A DNA stretch of 64,000 nt from Brevundimonas sp. (lineage in GTDB: Bacteria; Pseudomonadota; Alphaproteobacteria; Caulobacterales; Caulobacteraceae). The translations under genes were made by a program, and so were the position numbers. The stretch is from positions 22,334 through 86,333 of the forward strand of contig NZ_DASPMM010000009.1 in NCBI RefSeq assembly GCF_035627055.1, written 5' to 3'. The number at the start of each line of letters is the position of its first letter. Positions within the stretch are counted from its first letter, which is position 1. Below the pieces are notes generated by a model, which saw only the letters and a list, made by a program, of their open reading frames with translations, did no database searches and was not told the origin of the DNA. This document shows positions 28,822 through 38,617 of the stretch, piece by piece.

Positions 28822-29442
28822 ATGGCCGAATCGCCTGCCGCCCCCGCCCGCCTGCGCGACCGCTCCGCCACCGAGGCCCTCATCGTTGAGGCCGGCGAGC
28901 GCATCCTGCTGCGCGACGGCTTCCCCGGCCTCAACGTCCAGACCCTCGCCGCCGAGGCCGGCTGCGACCGCAAGCTGGTCTACCGCTATTTCGACGGCGT
29001 CGACGGCGTGGTCGAGCGCATCGCCCGCCGCGCCAACGCTTCGCTGGTCCGCTTCCTCGACGCCGTGCCCGCCTCCGGGACGGAGTCGCTGCGCACCTTC
29101 GCCCGCGAGAGCCTGTCGGCCTGGCTCGGCGCCCTGCGCGCCAGCCCCCTGACCCTGCGGCTGATGGCCTGGGCCCTGGTCGAGGCCTCGACCCTGCTCA
29201 ACCGCATCGAGGCCGAGCGCTCGGCCGTGCTCCAGGCCTGGATGCGCGAGCGCCGCCCGCGGCTGCGCACGCCGCCCGCCGGCGACGCCGTGGCCATCAA
29301 CGCCGTGCTTCTGGCCGCCGTCCAGCACCTCGCCCTCAGCGGCGGCGCCCGCCCCGGCGTCGGCGGCGTGGCTCTCGACGACGCCGGCTGGGCCCGCATC
29401 GAAACCGCCCTCGACGCCCTGCTGGTCGCCTTCCCGGACTAG
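28822..29442 (+). CDS. TetR/AcrR family transcriptional regulator
   Basis: N-terminal HTH GFPGLNVQTLAAEAGCDRKLVYRYFDG. Confidence 0.92.
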   Translation: MAESPAAPARLRDRSATEALIVEAGERILLRDGFPGLNVQTLAAEAGCDRKLVYRYFDGVDGVVERIARRANASLVRFLDAVPASGTESLRTFARESLSAWLGALRASPLTLRLMAWALVEASTLLNRIEAERSAVLQAWMRERRPRLRTPPAGDAVAINAVLLAAVQHLALSGGARPGVGGVALDDAGWARIETALDALLVAFPD

Positions 29443-29481
29443 GCGCCGGAGCGGACCGCCTGCTCAGGCGTTGCCGTATCC

Positions 29482-30306
29482 ATGAGCCCCGCCGCCGTTC
29501 AGCCGCGCCGCGAAACCGCCTACGCCCGCGACCTCGGCCGCGCCTTCGGCGGCGCCCTGCTGTTCAGCCTGCCGCTGCTGATGACGATGGAGATGTGGTG
29601 GTTCGGCTTCAGCCTGCACCCGGCCCGGCTGGCCCTGTTCCTCGCCGCCGCCGTGCCCCTGCTGGTCGGCCTCGCCTACTACGCCGGCTTCAGCCACCGC
29701 CATCACGGCCTCGCCCATGCGGTGCTCGACGCGTTCGTCGCCCTCGCCGTCGGCTATCTCACCGCCGCCCTGCTGCTGAAGGTCATGGCCATCCTCGAGC
29801 CCGGCGGACCGCTGCGCCAGTCCGCCGGCCAGATCGCTCTCCAGGCCGTCCCCGGCGCCATGGGCGCCCTCCTGGCCCGGCGTCAGCTCAGCGCCGGCCG
29901 CGGCGACGGCGACGAGGCCGAGGCGCGCTATCCCGGCGAGCTGTTCCTGATGGTCGCCGGGGCCCTGTTCCTCGCCCTCAACGTCGCCCCGACCGAGGAG
30001 ATGATCCTCATCGCCTACCGCATGACGCCCTGGCACGGCGCGGCCCTGATCGCCGTCTCCCTCGCCGTCATGCACGCCATCGTCTACCGGGCGGGCTTCG
30101 CCGGCGAGCATGAGCAGGGGCGACCGCTCACGGCCTTCCTCCACTACACCCTCGCCGGCTACGGCCTGGTCTTGCTGGTCAGCCTCTACGTTCTGTGGGT
30201 GTTCGGCCGCGCCGACGGCCATGGCCCCGGCGAGATCGTCGACGCCGTGGTGGTCCTGTCTTTCCCCGGCGCGCTCGGCGCCGCGGCCGCCCGCCTGCTG
30301 GTGTAG
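29482..30306 (+). CDS. TIGR02587-type integral membrane protein
   Basis: RAFGGALLFSLPLLMTMEMWW, ALNVAPTEEMILIA, FPGALGAAAARL. Confidence 0.85.
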   Translation: MSPAAVQPRRETAYARDLGRAFGGALLFSLPLLMTMEMWWFGFSLHPARLALFLAAAVPLLVGLAYYAGFSHRHHGLAHAVLDAFVALAVGYLTAALLLKVMAILEPGGPLRQSAGQIALQAVPGAMGALLARRQLSAGRGDGDEAEARYPGELFLMVAGALFLALNVAPTEEMILIAYRMTPWHGAALIAVSLAVMHAIVYRAGFAGEHEQGRPLTAFLHYTLAGYGLVLLVSLYVLWVFGRADGHGPGEIVDAVVVLSFPGALGAAAARLLV

Positions 30307-30308
30307 CC

Positions 30309-30689
30309 ATGCCCTCCAAGAAACCCGCCCGAGATTCCAAGCCGCCGGTCCTCGAGTGGATCATGGGCGGCCTCGGCCTGCTGCTGACCCTCGCCGTCCT
30401 CGCCGTCATCCTGCGCGAGGCCATGGGCCCCGGCGGCCCGCCCGTGATCGAGCCGCGTCTGCACGCCGTCCACGGCGGCCCCGGCCAGTGGCGGGCCGAA
30501 ATCCAGGTGCGCAACACCGGCCAGTCCACCGCCGCCGCCGTCGGCATCGAGGGCGTCCTCGGCGCCGAGACCGCCTCCGCCACGATCGACTACGTCCCCG
30601 CCGGCGGCGAGGAGACCGTCACCCTCGGCTTCCGCTCCGACCCCCGCGCCGGCCTGGAGCTCCACGCCCGCGGCTGGACCGAGCCGTGA
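30309..30689 (+). CDS. TIGR02588-type membrane-anchored protein
   Basis: LEW..G TM helix; VRNTGQSTAAAV, IDYVPAGGE, GWTEP; follows the TIGR02587-type gene. Confidence 0.82.
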   Translation: MPSKKPARDSKPPVLEWIMGGLGLLLTLAVLAVILREAMGPGGPPVIEPRLHAVHGGPGQWRAEIQVRNTGQSTAAAVGIEGVLGAETASATIDYVPAGGEETVTLGFRSDPRAGLELHARGWTEP

Positions 30690-30739
30690 TCCCGGCCGTG
30701 ACGGATTGAACCCCCCGCCCCTTCGGCCTAGGGTCGCGC

Positions 30740-32870
<2,131 letters not shown>

Positions 32871-32871
32871 G

Positions 32872-32955
32872 TCCTCCCCCATCGGGGGAGGGGGACCGCG
32901 CAGCGGTGGAGGGGCATAGGCGCGCCTCGGCCGTCAGCCATTGCCCCCCATCACT
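32872..32955. repeat. Truncated palindromic family A element at the left edge of the AT-richer islet
   Basis: CCTCCCCC..GGGGGAGGGGGACCGCGCAGCGGTGGAGGGG left arm; no intact right arm. Confidence 0.7.
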
Positions 32956-32988
32956 CGCGCCACGAGCGGCGGAGTGAATGTGTGAGGC

Positions 32989-33096
32989 TCACCTGCCGGG
33001 ATTCTTCGGGTCCCGACGGATCGCCCAGATCAGCAACGCGATCGAACTGATCACGGCAGACAATCCCAGCAGCAGCGGTCCAGTGATTACGATCAT
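32989..33096 (-). CDS. 35-aa single-TM peptide (not in ORF track)
   Basis: Manual translation MIVITGPLLLGLSAVISSIALLIWAIRRDPKNPGR; AGGAG RBS overlaps the TAG of the upstream gene. Confidence 0.7.
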   Translation of the reverse strand: MIVITGPLLLGLSAVISSIALLIWAIRRDPKNPGR

Positions 33097-33105
33097 GGGG
33101 CGCTC

Positions 33106-34206
33106 CTATTCCGGGGCGCCTAGCGGACGATCGTATCGGCCGACTTGAGCATCAGACAAGAGTTGGGAATAGCCGCGCGTCCACCTTTCGATTGCCGTCT
33201 TGCGGCGCGCATAGGCTAGCCGACAACCCGGCGTATCTGCCTCGACCCGCAGCTTGGCGACACCGCGTACTGCGGGGGCTCGATGATGGAGAGGTAGAGA
33301 AACCACTAGGTCCGCACCGTAGCTATCCAACAGGTACTCTCGCCCTTCCAGCAGCTCACGGGAAACCTCCATCACCGTTGCAGAAAGGAGCGCCACATCG
33401 TCGTCAGGCTGGCGGGTGTAGAGTACGCTGTAGTCCACTGGGAAAAGCGGTTCTGCGTCCCACTCCGGTCCGTCGAACAGCCAAGGCTCAAACCAGAGAG
33501 CGCCAATGTCTTGGAGGGTTTTCACCCGGGCCCAGAATGCGCTCCAAGGCTTCGCTGCCTTTTTGTCGTGATGGGCGGTCACCCATGCGCCTTCAGCGCC
33601 AAGAGATTGATCAAGCGAGAGAGCCCACAGCGCGTGGACGCCCATTTCGCTAATCTTCTTCCCCACGGCGTCCTCGTCGCCTTGGCGGAGCGCGGAAAGC
33701 GGAACGCTATAAGTTTGATCGACCTGAACCAAGCCATACAGATCGATCAACATTTTGAGGAGAAGCCAATCCCCGGTTTCTCTAACTCGACGCAAAACCG
33801 GCGCCTCCTGACCGAAACCAGTCACGATCTGGACAGGAAGAAAGATCGGGTCATCGTCCTCCCCAATATCGGGCAGGACGTACTGCGGGGCGAGCTTCGT
33901 TGATGCGGAACTGATGACGACCAGATCCGCCGTGATCAGTTCCTGGATCGCCAGCCTGGCTCGGGGCCGCCCGAGGCCCAATCGCTCCTCACATGCCTTC
34001 GCCGACCATTTGGTGAGCCTGTGATCGCTCCCCGTCCCCGCCAACAGCGTGAGAAACGTCAGGACCAAGTTCAAACGGTTGACGGTCTTGGCCTCAAGGA
34101 GGCGACTCCACACGTCTCTGCCCAAAACGAAGAACCGACTGCCCCGCCCCTTTCCTCTCAGCGTTTTTTCGATGGCCTCGGCAGTCAAAGCGGCCTCCAA
34201 GCGCAA
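33106..34206 (-). CDS. Hypothetical protein with putative N-terminal winged-helix domain, mobile-element type
   Basis: 366-codon ORF in an AT-richer tract; WSAKACEERLGLGRPRARLAIQELITADLV is HTH-like; alternative TTG start at 34188 with GGAG RBS. Confidence 0.75.
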   Translation of the reverse strand: MRLEAALTAEAIEKTLRGKGRGSRFFVLGRDVWSRLLEAKTVNRLNLVLTFLTLLAGTGSDHRLTKWSAKACEERLGLGRPRARLAIQELITADLVVISSASTKLAPQYVLPDIGEDDDPIFLPVQIVTGFGQEAPVLRRVRETGDWLLLKMLIDLYGLVQVDQTYSVPLSALRQGDEDAVGKKISEMGVHALWALSLDQSLGAEGAWVTAHHDKKAAKPWSAFWARVKTLQDIGALWFEPWLFDGPEWDAEPLFPVDYSVLYTRQPDDDVALLSATVMEVSRELLEGREYLLDSYGADLVVSLPLHHRAPAVRGVAKLRVEADTPGCRLAYARRKTAIERWTRGYSQLLSDAQVGRYDRPLGAPE

Positions 34207-34252
34207 TCCTCGGCCCTAGCACGCTGCCGATTTCCAACCGCTATCATACCCC

Positions 34253-34306
34253 ATCAAGGACATCAAGGCTATCAGAGGTATTCAAGAACACCGGACTATA
34301 TCAAGG
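34253..34306. repeat. 9-bp periodic degenerate array (ATCAAGG core)
   Basis: ATCAAGG at 34253, 34262 and 34300; variants ATCAGAGG at 34271 and ATTCAAG at 34280; next to a minus-strand TATGAT at 34243-48. Confidence 0.7.
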
Positions 34307-34469
34307 ATCTCAAAAAAACCGTGTCAGCGCGGCTTCGCCGCCCAAGTGCAGGATTTTCAGTTCGGCCCTTCGGATGCCGTATCCACCCAGCTTCAAAGGC
34401 CGCTGCCATACCTGACGTGATTGACGGCCACGCTTCCGTGACCTCAGCTGTGGCTGAAGGGGAGCCTTT

Positions 34470-34805
34470 ATGACTTACGCAGGGGTGGTTGAGATCGCCG
34501 CGAACGGCGGCGCGATCCTCGCTGGCGTTTCTTCGCTGGCAATCGCGATCTCGCTAGCCGGAAGGCGCTTAGGCGAGAGACGAGCCCTCGAAGCTTACCT
34601 CAAGCGAATGACGATTGAACGTCGGCGAAGCGGGGGCCAAGGCTTGGAGAATATCCTAGAGGTAATGCGCCAGACCAAGCTCGGCGAGGAAGCCATCATG
34701 CGAGCTGCATTCAGTAGCAAGAAGGTACGGGTCCGAAGCCGGCCCAACGAGAAGAACCAGACCATGGAACTCGTCATCGGCTACGGCGACCATAACAAGG
34801 ACTAA
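34470..34805 (+). CDS. Hypothetical protein, N-terminal TM helix + basic small domain
   Basis: GGGGAG RBS; GGAILAGVSSLAIAISLAG hydrophobic stretch; divergent from the wHTH-like gene. Confidence 0.7.
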   Translation: MTYAGVVEIAANGGAILAGVSSLAIAISLAGRRLGERRALEAYLKRMTIERRRSGGQGLENILEVMRQTKLGEEAIMRAAFSSKKVRVRSRPNEKNQTMELVIGYGDHNKD

Positions 34806-34810
34806 GCTTC

Positions 34811-35476
34811 TCACCCCTCCCCCGCCATCTTCCGCAACGCCTCTTCAAAGACGGAGGCCGGCTGCCCCCCGCTGATCAGCCATTTCCCCTCCACCACCAC
34901 CGCCGGCACGCCGGTGATGCCGCGCGAGACCCACAGCGCCTCCGCCGCCCGCACCGCGTCCGCATAGCGCCCCTCCGCCAGCACCGCCGCCGCCTCGGCC
35001 CGGTCCAGCCCCGCCGCCTCCGCCGCCGCGGCCAGCACCCCGGTGTCGCCCATAGCCTCGCCGCGCGTGAAATGCGCCTCGAACAGCGCCCGCTTCAGCG
35101 CCGCCTGGCCCTCCAGCCCCGCCGTCTCACCGGCCCAGTGCAGCAGCCGGTGGGCGTCGAAGGTGTTCCAGATGCGGCTCGTCTCGCCCATCCGCATCTC
35201 GAAACCCGGCCAGGCCTCCGCCGCCCGCGCCCGGATCATCTCGCGGTTCTTCGCCGACTGCTCCGGCGTCGCGCCGTATTTGCCGGCCACGTGCTCGACG
35301 ATGTTCTCGCCCTCGGGCGGCATCTGCGGGTTCAGCTCGAACGGCTGGAAGCGCACCTGCGCCTCGATCCCCTCCTCCTTCAGCGTCTCCAGCGCCTGCG
35401 TCAGCCCGCCCAGCCCCACCACGCACCACGGGCAGACGATGTCCGAGACGAAGTCGATGTGCAGGGTGCGGGGCAT
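34811..35476 (-). CDS. DsbA family oxidoreductase (FrnE-like)
   Basis: IDFVSDIVCPWC, PFELNPQMP, NTFDAHRLLHWA, ITGVPAVV, ISGGQP. Confidence 0.94.
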   Translation of the reverse strand: MPRTLHIDFVSDIVCPWCVVGLGGLTQALETLKEEGIEAQVRFQPFELNPQMPPEGENIVEHVAGKYGATPEQSAKNREMIRARAAEAWPGFEMRMGETSRIWNTFDAHRLLHWAGETAGLEGQAALKRALFEAHFTRGEAMGDTGVLAAAAEAAGLDRAEAAAVLAEGRYADAVRAAEALWVSRGITGVPAVVVEGKWLISGGQPASVFEEALRKMAGEG

Positions 35477-35507
35477 GGGGGCGTCTCCGGGGGGAAGCCA
35501 AACATGG

Positions 35508-35673
35508 TCCTTCTCCCCTTGCGGGAGAAGGTGGCAGCCGAAGGCTGACGGATGAGGGGTCGACGGGACAGCGGGAGTCATCGAGCGGAACTGGCCAGCC
35601 AATTCCTCTCCGCCGCAGAGACCCCTCATCCGACCCGCTGCGCGGCCCACCTTCTCCCGCAAGGGGAGAAGGA
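35508..35673. repeat. Palindromic element, family A variant
   Basis: Perfect terminal IR TCCTTCTCCCCTTGCGGGAGAAGGTGG...CCACCTTCTCCCGCAAGGGGAGAAGGA. Confidence 0.85.
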
Positions 35674-35686
35674 CTCCGGCCCCAAC

Positions 35687-36346
35687 CTACCCCGCCAGCT
35701 CCGGCCGCCGCCGCTTCCAGTCCAGCGGCACCCCGATGCGCCGTTCGATCCGGCCGTCCCACTCGGGCCGCAGCCCGTGGTCCAGCAGCCGGCTGACGAT
35801 GATATGGCCCACGGCGACCGCCGCCTCTGGGGTGTCCTCGCAGGACCCGTAGTTCAGGTACAGGCCCCGTCCCTCGACCGCTCCTTCCGTGTCCTGCCAG
35901 TGGTAGAAGGCATAGCCGTGCGCCGGCTGCCCTTCGCTTCGGGCCGCCTCGATCTCGTCCCATATCTCCGCCGCCCCGCAGGTCCCGCAGCAGCTGAAAT
36001 TCTGGCGCGAGATGACGCCCTCCGCCTCCAGGGCGGCGAAGGCGGCGTCGACCCGGTCGCAATCGGTCTGGTCCGGCCAGTGCGCCTGCGCCGCCGCATG
36101 GGCGGCCAGCGCCGCGTCGGCCAGCACTTCGGCCTCGGCGCGCAACAGGTCGGGATCGCCCTCGTCCTGCAGCATCTCGACGGCGAATTGGATCACGTCC
36201 TCCCGCGGCGCGAACCCCGCGGCGACGTCGTTCTCCACCTGACGGCGCAGGTCCTCCATCAGGTGGGGACTGCGGTCGTTCACGGCGGTCGCCGGGGCCG
36301 GCGCCGCTGAACCCCCGCCTCCGAACAAGCGTCGCAACCAGTCCAT
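35687..36346 (-). CDS. DUF6891-like hypothetical protein
   Basis: TDCDRVDAAFAALEAEGVISRQNFSCCGTCG, YAFYHWQD, GLYLNYGS, GLRPEWDG. Confidence 0.75.
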   Translation of the reverse strand: MDWLRRLFGGGGSAAPAPATAVNDRSPHLMEDLRRQVENDVAAGFAPREDVIQFAVEMLQDEGDPDLLRAEAEVLADAALAAHAAAQAHWPDQTDCDRVDAAFAALEAEGVISRQNFSCCGTCGAAEIWDEIEAARSEGQPAHGYAFYHWQDTEGAVEGRGLYLNYGSCEDTPEAAVAVGHIIVSRLLDHGLRPEWDGRIERRIGVPLDWKRRRPELAG

Positions 36347-36512
36347 CGACCACTCCCCTGAAGGCCCGTTCCACGGCCGAGTCTGCACAGGACGCATGGA
36401 TTGAAAAGCGTTCCTGCCGCAACCGCCACCGAGGGCAGGGCAGAGAGGCTGCCCGCTGCGAGAGGGCGGCGGCCGCGTCGACTCCAGCGGACTGATCCGT
36501 CCGCCGCCGGCG

Positions 36513-36688
36513 GGTTCATCACCAAGCCCACAAAGGAGGCGCGAAGGACACGAAGCGAGCCGGACAGGCCTCGCCTTCGCGGGCCCTTGCCCGCCTTCAA
36601 TCAAAGGCGTCTCCCTGACGGGAGCCGCGGGCCCACCGCCCCCTTCGTGGCCTTCGTGCCTCCTCCGTCGTGTCCTTCGTGACGAACC
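36513..36688. repeat. Palindromic element, family C (CACGAAGG / CCTTCGTG arms)
   Basis: GGTTCATCAC..CACAAAGG..GCGAAGGACACGAAG left arm; CTTCGTGGCCTTCGTG..CCTTCGTGACGAACC right arm. Confidence 0.72.
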
Positions 36689-36862
36689 TCCGCTCCCCGC
36701 CCCCTGACGCTGTGCTGGCATTCCGCGAATCCATAGTCGGGTTCAGCCGAAAACCCCCCGCCTTTCCAGCGACATCCCCTTTTCCCGAACCGATCTTCCC
36801 GCCACAGGAGCCGGGCGGCGCACAATTCGTCCCGACCGATGCAGACGAGGACGCCCCCGCCG

Positions 36863-37423
36863 ATGACCCGCCAGACCCGCACCGCCCGCTCCACCGGCCG
36901 CCGCGCCGCCCCCGACGAGGTCTGGCGCCGCGTGCGCGACGACTATCTGGCCGGGATGTCCGGGCCGGACGCCTGCCGGCGTCACGGCGTGCGCCTCACC
37001 GCCATGCGGCAGCGCGCCGCCCGTGAACGCTGGCGCCGCATGGACCAGCCGTGGGCCCCGCCGCCGAACCGGCTCGACGCGCAGGACGAGGGCGTCGCCC
37101 TCGAGGACCGGGTCGGCGGCGACCTCGACCAGGTCGACTTCTGCGAGCTGTCCTACGTCGCCCACCGCCGGATGATGCGGGCGGTGATGCGCGGCGACGC
37201 CGCCGGGGCGCTGCGCTGGCGCCGCGTGCGCCTCGCCATGGACGAGGAGGAGGCCGAGGTCGACCGCGCCACCGCCCAGGACGTGGCCATCGGCTTCGAG
37301 CGCGCCGGCGAGGCCGAACTGGCCGCCATCGAGGCGGCCGCTGCGCACTCTGCGCACTCTGCGGACGCTGTGCACTCTACGGACGCTATGCACTCTACGG
37401 ACGCTACGGACGCATTTTTCTAG
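36863..37423 (+). CDS. Hypothetical protein, N-terminal HTH reminiscent of terminase small subunits, repetitive tail
   Basis: VWRRVRDDYLAGMSGPDACRRHGVRLTAMRQRAARERW; ends AHSAHSADAVHSTDAMHSTDATDAFF. Confidence 0.72.
   Translation: MTRQTRTARSTGRRAAPDEVWRRVRDDYLAGMSGPDACRRHGVRLTAMRQRAARERWRRMDQPWAPPPNRLDAQDEGVALEDRVGGDLDQVDFCELSYVAHRRMMRAVMRGDAAGALRWRRVRLAMDEEEAEVDRATAQDVAIGFERAGEAELAAIEAAAAHSAHSADAVHSTDAMHSTDATDAFF
37345..37414 (+). repeat. 9-nt-unit tandem repeat (GCACTCTRC / GGACGCTRY)
   Basis: gcactctgc gcactctgc ggacgctgt gcactctac ggacgctat gcactctac ggacgctac ggacgc. Confidence 0.85.
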
Positions 37424-37538
37424 GTCCGCACGCCCGTCCCCTCACAACATCGTGCGCAATCGTCGTTATGTCGGAGGTCCAACAGACCGCGGGTCCGGCG
37501 CCATGCTGTTAATCAACTGGCAAGGAGGGGCTGCGGCA

Positions 37539-37766
37539 GTGCGCATCTACCAGTTTCATTTCTTTGACCGTCGCGGGCGCCGTCCGGCGCTCGACTTCGC
37601 CGACTGCCGCCACGACGGCGAGGCCGCGCGCATCGCCTTCGGCCAGCTGCAGCAGCATTCCAGCTGCGAGGGCGTCGAGGTGTTCGAGGACGAGCGCCTG
37701 GTCATGCGGCTGGAGCGCGGCAGCCCGCCGCCCGACATGGACCGGCCCGGCATCCACGGCGCCTGA
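37539..37766 (+). CDS. Small hypothetical protein
   Basis: AAGGAGG RBS + GTG; RIYQFHFFDRRG...DGEAARIA...GVEVFEDERLV pattern of small alphaproteobacterial domains. Confidence 0.72.
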   Translation: MRIYQFHFFDRRGRRPALDFADCRHDGEAARIAFGQLQQHSSCEGVEVFEDERLVMRLERGSPPPDMDRPGIHGA

Positions 37767-37776
37767 GCCTGCGCCG

Positions 37777-37802
37777 GGAACGGCGGGGCCGCTCCGCCGG
37801 TT
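37777..37802 (+). promoter_or_regulatory. sigma-EcfG/sigmaT-like promoter
   Basis: GGAAC-N17-GGTT 26 bp upstream of the GTG at 37829. Confidence 0.55.
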
Positions 37803-37828
37803 AGGCTGTCCGACAGCTGGAGACGCCC

Positions 37829-38068
37829 GTGACCCATCCCGATCCCGCCAATCCGCCCGGCCCGCGCCGCACGACCCGTTTCAACGGCGTGGTGGTCCTG
37901 CTGGTCCTGCTGCTGTTCGTCGTCGCCGGGGCCTATGTCTGGGCCCGGTGGAGCGCCGACGACGACAGCGCCGCCGACAACGCCGCCGAGGGGGCCGTCC
38001 AGCCGGCCTATGTGCCGCCGCCCGACGCCGGCTCGCCCTCGCCGGAGGGAGCCGAAGCGCCGCGATAA
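37829..38068 (+). CDS. Small single-TM membrane protein
   Basis: GGAG RBS; GVVVLLVLLLFVVAGAYVW TM helix; acidic/Pro tail. Confidence 0.65.
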   Translation: MTHPDPANPPGPRRTTRFNGVVVLLVLLLFVVAGAYVWARWSADDDSAADNAAEGAVQPAYVPPPDAGSPSPEGAEAPR

Positions 38069-38100
38069 GCGTTGCCCTTGTTCACCAAGGGAAGCGCGCC

Positions 38101-38514
38101 ATGTTGAAGAAATACGCCTACGCCTGGATCACCCTGGCCTTCTTCACCGTCTCGATCGTGCTCCACTGGGGCTTCGGCTGGTTCGCCTTCGTCGAGGAAC
38201 AGCAATCCCACGGCCAGGCCGCCGAGCTGTCGCCCTGGCTCGTCGAAATGGGCCGCGACACCTTCGAGAACTGGCAGTCGGAGTTCCTCCAGCTGCTCTG
38301 GCAGGTCGTCGGCCTGGCCTATTTCCTCTACGTCGGCTCGCCCTCCTCCAAGGAGAACGACGACCGCGTCGAGGCCAAGATCGACGCCCTGATGGAGATG
38401 GTCGGCAAGGAGAAGGGCAAGGCGCTCATCGACCAGATCGACGAAAGCCACATGCGCCATCACGGCCACGCCAAGGTCCACAACGGCCCGGCGCCCAACG
38501 TCGCCGAGGGCTGA
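38101..38514 (+). CDS. DUF6766-like membrane protein
   Basis: TFENWQSEFLQL, YVGSPSSKE motifs. Confidence 0.8.
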   Translation: MLKKYAYAWITLAFFTVSIVLHWGFGWFAFVEEQQSHGQAAELSPWLVEMGRDTFENWQSEFLQLLWQVVGLAYFLYVGSPSSKENDDRVEAKIDALMEMVGKEKGKALIDQIDESHMRHHGHAKVHNGPAPNVAEG

Positions 38515-38617
38515 CCGGGCCGGGGGCGGGCCCCGCTCCCGCCCCTGTGACCGGCCTGACCTTGGCTTCGCGGCTCCCCGCCACTAGGTTCCGCCGCAAG
38601 CCTGAAGGAGACGCCCC

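Noticed and set aside
34021-34473. 150-aa plus-strand ORF in the islet
   Set aside because: Overlaps the wHTH-like gene antisense and runs through the promoter/repeat array; no RBS or motif
36743-37393. Minus-strand ORF starting MHSVRRVHSVRR
   Set aside because: Shadow of the 9-nt repeat and of the plus-strand HTH ORF, which has the better start and domain pattern
36863-37423. Prophage or GTA remnant
   Set aside because: No large terminase, portal, capsid or other phage gene nearby; resemblance is limited to the HTH pattern
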